A DNA stretch of 64,000 bases from assembly GCA_963668645.2 (NCBI GenBank), contig CAXXWC010000006.1, positions 96,001 to 160,000 of the forward strand, given 5' to 3'. The notes below the pieces were generated by a model. It was not told where the DNA came from, ran no database searches, and was given only the letters and a program-made list of their open reading frames with translations. The stretch is from Desulfobacterales bacterium. Its GTDB lineage: Bacteria; Desulfobacterota; Desulfobacteria; Desulfobacterales; UBA2174. Position 1 is the stretch's first letter. Every line of letters begins with the position of its first letter. Positions 1 to 9,313 of this stretch are shown in pieces. The position numbers and the translations under genes were made by a program.

Positions 1-45
1 AAAGCGGGCTTTGTTCATTCGGTACTCATCTGGAGTGATAACATA

Positions 46-2643
46 TTGCCAATGACGAAAATGAAAGCGAGCTTCAACATTCTTATATTGCTTTTTTTTT
101 TGATTTTCATACCTAGTATATGCAAGTCTCAACTACCCTACAACAACTCAAGGTTATTTCCTGCACCGGATCCCCGTGATTGGCCCAATCCCTACGCGAT
201 GCTCAAAGAAAAACAAATCAAGGGAAACCCGGATTGGAAGTGGGAGGTTTTTGCCGCCTACCAGGGGGCACCCATTGAAAGAGGAAATAGCGCAAAAACG
301 AAAGGCAACATGGGAAATGTCGATATTACAGACGAGGTTAAACCCGCCGGGTACCTCGAACGATTCGTGGTACTGGATCGTTTGAGCACTAAGCTTCAGG
401 TACGTTCCATGGTCAATCAACGGGTGGGATGGATGGATATGCGCGACCTGTTGCTATTTGCTCGCCCGCTACACAACCCCCGTGACATCGTCCTCAAGGC
501 TTTCTTACGCGTTAATCTGGGGCGCCGCAGCATTAAATTCATGCAAGGTGAGGAAACGGGAAAGGATTTGTTACGTTTTCGCGACGGCCCGGGTATCCCT
601 GGGCGGGGCAATAAGTACAAGTACCTGATTTCGAAAGATGAAGTCAACAGGGTTAGCAGCCTGTTTTTATACATCTACGCGGTGCATTTCAGCGATGATC
701 GGGAAGTTTCTATCGCCAAGATGGAAGAGAATATCAACAATTACGTAGAGCTATACAACAATCTTGATAAAGTGGACTACGTGTTGCTTGGCACCAGCTT
801 GAGCTTCAATGCCGAGGACCTCTCTTCTGGTCAGAGGATCCGCGGCTGGCTACCAGCCGCGGCGGTTCAATTTTGGGAAACCCGTCAAGCAGTAGAACAA
901 ATCCCGGGCACGCCTGCCCATCAATTCAAAAACAGATCGGATCTGCTGCGATACTTTGCTTTGACTTCGCCACAACTGCGAGAGAAAGAACTCCAGCAGT
1001 TGGAGAAAGAGGCAAAGGTGCAACGCGCCATGGGCATGGCAGCGCAGTTGCGCGGCCAAGACATGCGTTTTCTGGTACTTGATCGTAGCACTCAGCAAAT
1101 TGATACTGTCCTAGCCGGGGTCAGTGATATCGATAAACAGGACAGTGGAGAACATAGCCACCTAGTTAAGACGGATGTGAATAGGGATCAGAAGTCTATG
1201 TACCGTCAGAGCTTGGCCGATTTCCAGCAGGCTTCGAAATTTTTAGATTTGTTTTTCTTGGTGGACGGCACCACAAGCATGGAGGGACCGGTGAAAAGCG
1301 CGGCCGAAGTCATCGAGAAACTGACGGAACAGATTGGCAGTTTGTCCGACGTTAAGGTATCTATTCGAGCAGCCGTTTTTCGTGACCAAAAAGACACAAC
1401 CAATCCAGTATTTGAAGATTGGGATTCACGCCAGGGCAGTCCCTCGGATTGGTTGCGTAACCTGCTAAAGACCAACCGCATCCGTTCAGGTAGCGATCTG
1501 GATTTCAACGAAGCTCTTTTTTCTGGCATCCGGAGCGCGATCCGCTCCTGGAAACCACATTTCCAGCATACTAGATCTCTGCGAGTCATGTTCGTGCTAG
1601 GTGATGCGGGTGACAACAGCGAGAATATAGAAGCCGCCAAGGAAATGACACGTTCCATAATTACAGGGGAAGACATTGCCCTTTTTCCCATTCATTTCAA
1701 CCATCCTCTCAAGGACGACAGCTATAAACAGCTTGGTGCACTAAGCAAGCTGGGTGCAATTTGCGAAGAGAAACAGTGGCGAACCCTAATTAGTGAAATG
1801 TACAGCTCCTTCGATGAATCCCAAGAAGCGGTAAACAGGTACGCCAATTCGTTTGAACGAATTTCCATGTGCGGCTTTATCGAGCAGATGGCTGAACTTG
1901 CGAAGTGGGATACAAAAAAAGTGAATAGTCTGACTGGCAACAATATTCGCTCGGTGTTGTCGGAATCAACCAGCGAGTATCTTAAAGGCGCCATTGAATG
2001 GATCAAAACTCTCCAGAGACTTCGCCAAGGTACGCTCAATCTACCGGAAGCCCAAGAAATAATGAGACGTCATGGCGATATCGCCATGAGCATTTTCCGG
2101 CACCGGATCCGACAGATGAAGCAGCAGATACCCGAATTGGCAGAGATGTTAGAGAAGCGGCCGGAGCTTGCTTACTCGGAGTTATATATCGCCGAAGAGG
2201 ATGGCAACAGTAAGCTACTGCGACCGGTTTTGCTGATTAGCCAAAGAGAGCTGGGCAAAATCGTCACCAGTATGCGTGGTTACATTCAGCAACATCGACA
2301 ATGTGGCCCAGATACTCTCAAGATGGTTGTTGCTGAGTCGTTGACGACCCTGCTTGGAGAACTGTTGCAACTGCACCCTGACTTGGTTACCGACGCCGAT
2401 ATCGGAAAATGGCATATCCTCGCGGTGGACGACCCCGACAGCTATTTGGGGGCTCCTAAGGTAATAGAGGAATACTGTCGCGACAACCAAAAATGGGTGC
2501 GCTTCCTGTCCCGTTTGCAGCAGGCGGTTCAATCCCTCGACCCCATGTTAGGAGACCAGCCACATCCACGCCGGTTTACCGACATCAGTGGCGACCCATA
2601 CTTCTGGCTCTATCCTGAAGAACTATTCCCTTTACCTAAATGA
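46..2643 (+). CDS. Secreted von Willebrand factor A (vWA) domain protein, 865 aa; possibly related to TssR/PpkA-C-type vWA proteins
   Basis: N-terminal hydrophobic signal (MKASFNILILLFFLIFIPSICKS); MIDAS-like DLFFLVDGTTSM, then AAVFRD, EALFSGI and MFVLGDAGD; GGAG upstream. Start could be 46, 52 or 61. Confidence 0.75.
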   Translation: MPMTKMKASFNILILLFFLIFIPSICKSQLPYNNSRLFPAPDPRDWPNPYAMLKEKQIKGNPDWKWEVFAAYQGAPIERGNSAKTKGNMGNVDITDEVKPAGYLERFVVLDRLSTKLQVRSMVNQRVGWMDMRDLLLFARPLHNPRDIVLKAFLRVNLGRRSIKFMQGEETGKDLLRFRDGPGIPGRGNKYKYLISKDEVNRVSSLFLYIYAVHFSDDREVSIAKMEENINNYVELYNNLDKVDYVLLGTSLSFNAEDLSSGQRIRGWLPAAAVQFWETRQAVEQIPGTPAHQFKNRSDLLRYFALTSPQLREKELQQLEKEAKVQRAMGMAAQLRGQDMRFLVLDRSTQQIDTVLAGVSDIDKQDSGEHSHLVKTDVNRDQKSMYRQSLADFQQASKFLDLFFLVDGTTSMEGPVKSAAEVIEKLTEQIGSLSDVKVSIRAAVFRDQKDTTNPVFEDWDSRQGSPSDWLRNLLKTNRIRSGSDLDFNEALFSGIRSAIRSWKPHFQHTRSLRVMFVLGDAGDNSENIEAAKEMTRSIITGEDIALFPIHFNHPLKDDSYKQLGALSKLGAICEEKQWRTLISEMYSSFDESQEAVNRYANSFERISMCGFIEQMAELAKWDTKKVNSLTGNNIRSVLSESTSEYLKGAIEWIKTLQRLRQGTLNLPEAQEIMRRHGDIAMSIFRHRIRQMKQQIPELAEMLEKRPELAYSELYIAEEDGNSKLLRPVLLISQRELGKIVTSMRGYIQQHRQCGPDTLKMVVAESLTTLLGELLQLHPDLVTDADIGKWHILAVDDPDSYLGAPKVIEEYCRDNQKWVRFLSRLQQAVQSLDPMLGDQPHPRRFTDISGDPYFWLYPEELFPLPK

Positions 2644-2662
2644 GAAAATCGGAGGTTTATAC

Positions 2663-4222
2663 ATGCCCTTGCAGAACAAGGTCAATCTTATACTGCTGCT
2701 GCTATTCCGGGAGAACTGGCCAGCAGGAGACGGCGATTTCCGCAAGCTGCCGTTCTACTTGTTCCAACAGCTTGGCAGCCTTTTCTTATTGCTGCTTATC
2801 GCCTCTGTCGGGCTGTGGATAGTGAATCAAGAGCACGTTTTGCGTGATCGGTTAACCGAGATTGCCAACAGCCCCTATATGGCAATTTTTATCGAAGGTT
2901 ACATGTATGGCACCGAAGGTGGGTCTGGTCATGGTAGCGATCCGCACGAGCCTGCCTATTGGCGAAATTTGACACTCGATACACTTGTTCATGATACTAC
3001 AGGATTGCCACTGGGCAAAGAACACGTGTTCGAATCTGTGTCTGTTTATAGCGATGGGTATCTCAGCTTTCTAGATAGAGAGAACCGCCAGAGAAGCGGC
3101 TTTAAGGGACTGGTGCTCGACTTCGTCAATACGGAAAGACGAAACGAGCGCCTGCTCAACGGGCTCCATGTTGCCGCTGGTGAGAGCTGGAAATGGGATG
3201 ATATCCGTAATGTCAACGGCATCATCATGTCCAGTCAACTGATGAAAAGCCTGGGTTTCGCAAAACCTTGGCCGAACTCCCTAAAGCTGCAAAAGGACAA
3301 TTATGGGAACAGCGACCCTCGAATCAATGTCTCTTTTCCTTTGGTTGTTCTCGATGACCTTCCGTACCGCAAGTTCATCATTCCGCGGCGTATTTACAAT
3401 CGACTGGGGTCCGGTTTTTACTCGGAGACGGCAGAAAGTGTACGGGTGTTTTTTTTTACTGAAGAAGCATCCTCAGCAAAGGCGTTGGAGCAATTGGGCA
3501 AGGAGTTTCCCCAAGCTATAACAGAGGGGCTACAGCGATACAGTGACCTTTACTGCACTTGGCTTAGCTATCCTTCTCCTGGTAAACGGCGCATGGATAT
3601 TTTAGATGATTTTTCGTCTCTGCCTCCGAGCACCGGACAGGTCTACTTCGACGGCGACGGTGAACCGGCCGAGCTGTCTCGCTACAGCGGGGCGATGCTT
3701 TACCTAAATCGAAGGCTGATGCTAATGGGCAAAGTGCAGGCGCGGCTGATACCCGCGCTGAGTGGGTTTATCAACCAGCAAGTCGACCAACAGGTACATA
3801 GCGAGATCTTGGAGATATTGAATACAACTTTGTCCAATCAAGCGATGTTGCAGAGACTGAGTGGACTGTTAAAAACCGCAGCCTTTGCCCTTGCAGTGAT
3901 TCTTGCTTTATATAATGCAGTAGTGTTGCATTCACGGATCTATCGAATCGGTGTGCTAAGGGAACAGGGGGCATCAGCACGGCTGTTCGTTATGGTACTT
4001 ATCATCCAATCCCTAATATTTACCGTGTTGGCGTTCGGCCTAGCGTTGCTGATCCATGGCCTTTATTCACAGGGCATGACTGTTAGTCAGTTGATGGGTA
4101 CTCCTGAGGCGTACAAACTGCTTGTTGGGTTGAGTGTTGCCGCCGTCGTCGGGCATGTAGTGCCCGCCATTGTGCACATCAACCTTATGGAACCTTCTGA
4201 GATGGTTTCATACCGAGCCTGA
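2663..4222 (+). CDS. ABC transporter permease, MacB/FtsX (type VII) topology
   Basis: GGAGG RBS before ATG 2663; one N-terminal TM, large extracytoplasmic domain, three C-terminal TMs with SRIYRIGVLREQGAS (FtsX-type motif); adjacent to an ABC ATPase. Confidence 0.75.
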   Translation: MPLQNKVNLILLLLFRENWPAGDGDFRKLPFYLFQQLGSLFLLLLIASVGLWIVNQEHVLRDRLTEIANSPYMAIFIEGYMYGTEGGSGHGSDPHEPAYWRNLTLDTLVHDTTGLPLGKEHVFESVSVYSDGYLSFLDRENRQRSGFKGLVLDFVNTERRNERLLNGLHVAAGESWKWDDIRNVNGIIMSSQLMKSLGFAKPWPNSLKLQKDNYGNSDPRINVSFPLVVLDDLPYRKFIIPRRIYNRLGSGFYSETAESVRVFFFTEEASSAKALEQLGKEFPQAITEGLQRYSDLYCTWLSYPSPGKRRMDILDDFSSLPPSTGQVYFDGDGEPAELSRYSGAMLYLNRRLMLMGKVQARLIPALSGFINQQVDQQVHSEILEILNTTLSNQAMLQRLSGLLKTAAFALAVILALYNAVVLHSRIYRIGVLREQGASARLFVMVLIIQSLIFTVLAFGLALLIHGLYSQGMTVSQLMGTPEAYKLLVGLSVAAVVGHVVPAIVHINLMEPSEMVSYRA

Positions 4223-4249
4223 AGATTTGGCAACCAGTTTTAAGGAGAC

Positions 4250-5050
4250 ATGATGGAAACCCGGGAATTGCTTGCATTCGGCTCGTTGACCAAACGATTC
4301 AGCAGACAAAAAAGTATTCAATATAAATATACTACAGGCTCCTTCGGCATACGAATCAACCGAGGCGAATTTGTATTTATCACCGGAGATAACGGCGTTG
4401 GGAAGAGTACGCTGGCACATATGTTGGCCACCTTAGACAAAGGCGAATACAGCAAGGACTCCAGCATCAGGTTCTACGAACATTTGAATGGACACATTTA
4501 TGAACACGATTATTGGAAGCTGTTCAGAACCCGCGCCTTGACATTATCACTTTACGACCCAACGGCTCGACTCCGGCAATGCTGTTTCGGGTTTCTTCCC
4601 CAAGGGGGGCACCTGCTAGACAGCCATACCGTAGAGGAAAACTTGATCCTCCGGCGACTCTTATGCGATCTTGGGACGAAGGTTGATTTTAATTGTCTTG
4701 AGCCGGAATTGAAGAACTATCTCAAGAAAAGTCCCTCTGCACTGTCAGGGGGGATGAGACAGAAACTGGCATTGCATCGGGCGGTGGCCGGCTCGCCGCA
4801 GATCATTTTCGCCGACGAACCGACCAGCAACCTGGATTCCGCCGCGTTCGACGGAAAAATTTCCGAACTGGCCCGTTTCGTTCATGAACAAGAAGTCACA
4901 GTATTGACGGTTACGCATAGCTATGATAGGAGTCTCAAAGTCCTCATGGATAAATTCCCGACACTTACAATACATAGACTTAACCTGCAACCTGTCGGTC
5001 CCAAAAATGACCGGGTAAGTCAAGTATCGATGGAATACCAAACTGTATGA
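4250..5050 (+). CDS. ABC transporter ATP-binding protein, LolD/MacB-like
   Basis: Walker A GDNGVGKS, signature LSGGMRQK, Walker B IIFADEPT, H-loop VTH; AAGGAG RBS. Confidence 0.9.
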   Translation: MMETRELLAFGSLTKRFSRQKSIQYKYTTGSFGIRINRGEFVFITGDNGVGKSTLAHMLATLDKGEYSKDSSIRFYEHLNGHIYEHDYWKLFRTRALTLSLYDPTARLRQCCFGFLPQGGHLLDSHTVEENLILRRLLCDLGTKVDFNCLEPELKNYLKKSPSALSGGMRQKLALHRAVAGSPQIIFADEPTSNLDSAAFDGKISELARFVHEQEVTVLTVTHSYDRSLKVLMDKFPTLTIHRLNLQPVGPKNDRVSQVSMEYQTV

Positions 5051-5174
5051 TTTACAAGTGAGCTGAGCTCGCGGATACCTGCGCTTAACTACAGACATTT
5101 GGCCAAAGTCATATGTTTGGCATTTGTGCACACAGCAAGACAGTGACTTTGAGGGCACCACTCAGGGGGTATCG

Positions 5175-5987
5175 TTGAAAAAAAGGATGATCATCATTAT
5201 GCTGCTGATGCCGGCGATGGGCTATTCCGAAAACCCTGGAGCTTCCTCGCCAAGTATCAAAGAACTTCGTAGCATCTGTTCCAACGTCAAAGTGCAACGA
5301 CAGTGCCCTGCGACTTGCGCCACAGTTTGTGTTGAAGCCGGAAACTTCAAGAACAAAAACTGGGAATACTGTATATCCGTATTGCCTCCCAATAGTCCCC
5401 AAGACGCAGCAGAGTGCCCGGGCATGGTGTTGAACGAGGTGAAGAACCTGACACCGGAGGATCTGTGTGCAAATGTTACCGAGCTTTTTGATAGGATCAA
5501 ATGCCAGCAGGAGGCAAACAAGTACCCGCAATGTGCCCCGAATGTGTGGACCTTGATCGAGAACGCGAAGACGTTGGCGGACTCAATCGATACTGCTCTA
5601 AATAAATACAGTGAAATTCTTTCTCTCAATCTCGATGTTGTACAGGATCTTGATAAACTGTGTGGGTATAGTCGGGATGATTTGTCCCGTTACTATGCTC
5701 AAGCGACGCAGGATGGGCAGGAATTCGTATCGCTCCAAGACCAAGCCAAGAGGATTGAAAGTTGCGCCGGTGAGTTCGAGAAGTGGCTTAAGGATCTGTC
5801 TGCAAATGACATCGGACAAATTCCTGATAATCTGGACGACAACCTAATCCACGATACCAGTACACAGTTAGAAAAACTAGAGCCCCAACGCAAGAAGCTT
5901 TTCCAGTCCGTAGAAAAGCTGAAGTCCGTCGGGCCTAGAATCTATGCTATAGGAATTCGCCATGTACAATTCTGTAAGAACAAATGA
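5175..5987 (+). CDS. Secreted cysteine-rich protein with helical C-terminal region, unknown function
   Basis: Signal-like LKKRMIIIMLLMPAMGYS; 12 Cys in the mature part. Start uncertain (5124, 5175 or 5187). Confidence 0.65.
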   Translation: MKKRMIIIMLLMPAMGYSENPGASSPSIKELRSICSNVKVQRQCPATCATVCVEAGNFKNKNWEYCISVLPPNSPQDAAECPGMVLNEVKNLTPEDLCANVTELFDRIKCQQEANKYPQCAPNVWTLIENAKTLADSIDTALNKYSEILSLNLDVVQDLDKLCGYSRDDLSRYYAQATQDGQEFVSLQDQAKRIESCAGEFEKWLKDLSANDIGQIPDNLDDNLIHDTSTQLEKLEPQRKKLFQSVEKLKSVGPRIYAIGIRHVQFCKNK

Positions 5988-6051
5988 GACCTGGCGGCAT
6001 GTGGTAACAACCACATTTCATTCAAAAAAATTAGCTTACAAGGAGGTAGAC

Positions 6052-6675
6052 ATGAAAAGCAGCAACCTATTCTTAGCGGGAATAATTTTAATTTTGATCG
6101 TTCTTGTAGCCACAAATGCTGAAACTCAGCAACCAAGCACCGACCGGTTGAAGGATCTCAATACTAAAATTGGCGTACTGCTCACCCAAATGGATGAAAG
6201 GGCCAAAAACTACCCACAAATAATAGATGAATTGCGCCAACGCCGGGCTGGTATCGAAAAGGCCGGCGAGGAGGTGCAAAAAATGCTCAATGACCTGAAA
6301 CAGATGACCGATCAGATGGATGTCAATTCGGATTACCACTCGGAACTCAATGCGTTTGAGAATCACACCAGCGACATGATCGCTACAGTAGAGGCAAGAG
6401 ACGACCCTAAATTAGAGACAATCGTTAAAAGCCTGGATGAGGCTCTCAAGAAGCTGCAAAGCATTGACAGACGCCGTGCAGCGGCAGTTATCCAGGCCCA
6501 CAACATCATTCGCGCATTAGAGGATCAACAGGAAATCCTTGTGTTGATCAGGCAGGTTGGCCATATCGAAGCTGCCGTCGAAATCTTCGAGAGCAGCTTG
6601 GGCGAATACGAAAACATCGTCAGCACGGCTCAGGGAATCCAGGCGGATATGACTGCAGCCATCTCTACGCCATGA
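6052..6675 (+). CDS. Exported coiled-coil protein, unknown function
   Basis: AGGAGG RBS; signal or anchor MKSSNLFLAGIILILIVLVATNA; remainder has a heptad-like, charged helical composition. Confidence 0.7.
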   Translation: MKSSNLFLAGIILILIVLVATNAETQQPSTDRLKDLNTKIGVLLTQMDERAKNYPQIIDELRQRRAGIEKAGEEVQKMLNDLKQMTDQMDVNSDYHSELNAFENHTSDMIATVEARDDPKLETIVKSLDEALKKLQSIDRRRAAAVIQAHNIIRALEDQQEILVLIRQVGHIEAAVEIFESSLGEYENIVSTAQGIQADMTAAISTP

Positions 6676-7187
6676 TACCCCTGCAGTGGAACTTACAGAC
6701 TAACAATCTACAGGCATTGGTAGTGCGCCATGCCATAGCTTGGACTCTACTGTTGGCGGGTATGTTCATGGCAGGACGCGACCAGTTGAGTGAATTAGCC
6801 GCGCTCCAGTCCCATACGCCCTCATACCTTGTGGCCGTTTTCGGACGCTCGTTGAATAATCTGTACCAGCTTTTGTTACTATCCGGCTGGCTATCAGTGC
6901 TTCCACACTTCCTACTTCTGGCGATTCTTGACCGGAAAGGTGTGACCGTTGTGGCCTACGCCCATTTCGCTGCCTGGGCGCAGACCCTGTTCACCTCCCT
7001 CGGTTTTATCGGCACCATAGTTGGTGTGTCCCAGGCTGTGTCTGGTTTAGAGGGTGCCATGCGAAACAATGAACCCGGCGTTTTAATCGCCGGGCTCAGC
7101 ACTGCCTTCGATACCACCTTCCTGGGACTTGGGGCAGCGGTGTCGTTGATGTTATTACGCAAACTTGCGGAAATGCGCCATTCATGA
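6672..7187 (+). CDS. MotA/TolQ/ExbB proton channel family protein
   Basis: LGFIGTIVGV...GLSTAFDTTFLGLGAAV matches the conserved two-TM channel motif; ATGA overlap with the upstream gene. Confidence 0.8.
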   Translation: MIPLQWNLQTNNLQALVVRHAIAWTLLLAGMFMAGRDQLSELAALQSHTPSYLVAVFGRSLNNLYQLLLLSGWLSVLPHFLLLAILDRKGVTVVAYAHFAAWAQTLFTSLGFIGTIVGVSQAVSGLEGAMRNNEPGVLIAGLSTAFDTTFLGLGAAVSLMLLRKLAEMRHS

Positions 7188-7696
7188 GCGGCACCAACAA
7201 TACAGTCGACCTCGGCGGCGCTCTGATGCTGGCAATGACAGATCTGTTCGTCTCTGCAACTGCGACCTTACTAGTGGTGTTAACATTGGCATCTTCAGAT
7301 CCGCCCACCCCCCTGCCAGTACAGGCAGATATAGTAATGCTTTGCCCGAGGACCGACGCTGGTACGGCAGAATTTGCGCTTTTCCCGGCAAATGCTGTAA
7401 TCTTCCGTGAGAAAGAAGGCATTTTACGCCCTGGCACTAATTTTCAGATTGTCCGAGATCACAATGAGTTGGTCAAGACCTTGTCCGCAATGGAGTTGCC
7501 GGCAAAACCTTTGCTTACCGTTGCCATAGCTCCCGCCACCGGCCGCCCTTTAACAACGAACTGTTTTGCCACGGTCTCAAGGCGGTTGTTATCGCGCTAT
7601 CACTACCAGAGCAATGATCCCCGTAAAGTCTCGGTACCCACTCTATGTTTGCAGGTCATCAACCGGCCTATCCGCCAGAATGCCCATCATGAATGA
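7184..7696 (+). CDS. Single-pass membrane protein, ExbD/TolR/MotB-like
   Basis: One N-terminal TM with an embedded Asp (LAMTDLFVSATATLLVVL); ATGA-coupled to the ExbB-like gene. Confidence 0.55.
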   Translation: MSGTNNTVDLGGALMLAMTDLFVSATATLLVVLTLASSDPPTPLPVQADIVMLCPRTDAGTAEFALFPANAVIFREKEGILRPGTNFQIVRDHNELVKTLSAMELPAKPLLTVAIAPATGRPLTTNCFATVSRRLLSRYHYQSNDPRKVSVPTLCLQVINRPIRQNAHHE

Positions 7697-8339
7697 CGAC
7701 AGCCCCGTTTCCGTCGACGTGTCTGTTACTTTTTTTGCCTCTGTTCTGGTGCTGTTTGTATTCGTCACTTTTGCTCTCAACCCAATAGCACCCAGAATAG
7801 AGAGGGTATCTACTGGACAAACTGTCGAAACCGCCACGGCAATCCCTCCTAGCTGGAGCCCAATTCCTGAGCGCACTAGTTATGCCTTTATAGACGGACG
7901 GGAACTGCAAGTGTTAAATCTGGACCATTTTAGTGACGCTATGGTATCACCAGAAAAGCTGGTAAGCAGTGATGCACACTTTGAAAATATTACCATATTG
8001 TCGGATCAAAATGCGCCAGAGGCGTTTTCTATTATTGTTGGCACCATAGGGGGCAAACTCCCGATGCAATGGGTGCGTGCTTGCATTCCCGCGGTGCGGT
8101 CTGAAGATGCCAGTTGCCCTATCGACGAGAAGACCAGGACCGCTTTTCGGCAAAATTTGTTGAGTGTGCTGGTGATGCAATCGGAAAAGGTCGATCTGCC
8201 GGAACTAGTTGCATTTCTTGACGCATGTGGCTTCCGGTATCGTCTGATCCCGCTTTACGCCGTTAGCGCCACAGGCCGGGTTAACATTCCAATCTCGTTA
8301 CAACCAAGTAGCTTTCATTTCGAGACGATATTCAGGTAG
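7689..8339 (+). CDS. Second single-pass ExbD/TolR-like membrane protein
   Basis: MNDDSPVSVDVSVTFFASVLVLFVFVTF: Asp at the start of a single TM; overlaps the previous stop. Confidence 0.5.
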   Translation: MNDDSPVSVDVSVTFFASVLVLFVFVTFALNPIAPRIERVSTGQTVETATAIPPSWSPIPERTSYAFIDGRELQVLNLDHFSDAMVSPEKLVSSDAHFENITILSDQNAPEAFSIIVGTIGGKLPMQWVRACIPAVRSEDASCPIDEKTRTAFRQNLLSVLVMQSEKVDLPELVAFLDACGFRYRLIPLYAVSATGRVNIPISLQPSSFHFETIFR

Positions 8340-8344
8340 AAAAA

Positions 8345-9313
8345 ATGCTTAAATGTGTGGCAATTCTGTTTTTATCAGTGTCCATACTGCCTTTGCCGTC
8401 TGGCGCTGCGCCCGGTGATAGTCATTGGCGACAACAGGGGCTGCGCATCACTCGGCATATTGAACCAGACAAGACTTTGATTGATGCAAAGCGGGCCAAC
8501 GCTCAACAGGAACGCGGCTGTGTGCCTGATCGAACCGTTCGGTTTGGATACTCAGCGTTCATGCGGCAGATAGCTCCGCAGTTGCAGTGGAGCTTAGAAC
8601 AGCGGCAAGCCTTAGCTTCAGCAGCGTTCCTTGATGACCGCGATGCGGCGCTACGACGAATTGAAGCACTACTGGCTGATGAAACATTGGATGCTGACCG
8701 GCGGGCAGCGATCGAGAACCAGTTGCTACTTACGAGCCTTATGTTCAAAGACACGCAACACTTTATTCACACTCTTAACCAAGTCCGCTCAGCCGAGCGA
8801 GTATCACCTGCCATTCGTGCCGATAGGCTCTTTTTGCTCGCTTATGAACTTTCACAACGTGCTCATGATAGTAAAGATTGGCAACAGGCCGAACAATTAC
8901 TGGTGACAGCCCAGCGCCTGGACCCAAGCTTTTTTTCTATACGCGTACAGCGCGTCGCAAATTGGCTGCTGGCACATCGCGGCATTGTAAAGAATAGCGA
9001 CTGTGCAAAGATGGTGCGTGAGTTGACCGACTTGGTGCTTGATCTTTCTGATGCAGCTCCTTGTGCTCAATTGACAGGTAATGTGTCACACTATTTCAGC
9101 CGAGTGCTCCAGGATGAATCTGTTAATCGGACTGGGCAACCAGTCGTTACTCCCACCCTTGGGGGGCAGTGGCGGTTGTTGCAAACAGCAACCCTCGCCC
9201 ACGTCACCCGTCAGGACAAGGTCAAAAAAGCGGCTATACAAGCGCTGGAAAATGCCCCTAATAGTCCTTGTGCGGGAGTGATCCGCAACGCTATCGCAGA
9301 GCTTGATCGATGA
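8345..9313 (+). CDS. Secreted alpha-helical (TPR-like) protein
   Basis: Signal peptide MLKCVAILFLSVSILPLPSGA; Ala/Leu-rich helices, TPR-like AEQLLVTAQRLDPS. Confidence 0.55.
   Translation: MLKCVAILFLSVSILPLPSGAAPGDSHWRQQGLRITRHIEPDKTLIDAKRANAQQERGCVPDRTVRFGYSAFMRQIAPQLQWSLEQRQALASAAFLDDRDAALRRIEALLADETLDADRRAAIENQLLLTSLMFKDTQHFIHTLNQVRSAERVSPAIRADRLFLLAYELSQRAHDSKDWQQAEQLLVTAQRLDPSFFSIRVQRVANWLLAHRGIVKNSDCAKMVRELTDLVLDLSDAAPCAQLTGNVSHYFSRVLQDESVNRTGQPVVTPTLGGQWRLLQTATLAHVTRQDKVKKAAIQALENAPNSPCAGVIRNAIAELDR

Noticed and set aside
6672..8339. Canonical Zorya (ZorAB) or flagellar MotAB
   Set aside because: No long ZorA tail, no OmpA-like domain, and no ZorC/D/E or flagellar genes nearby.
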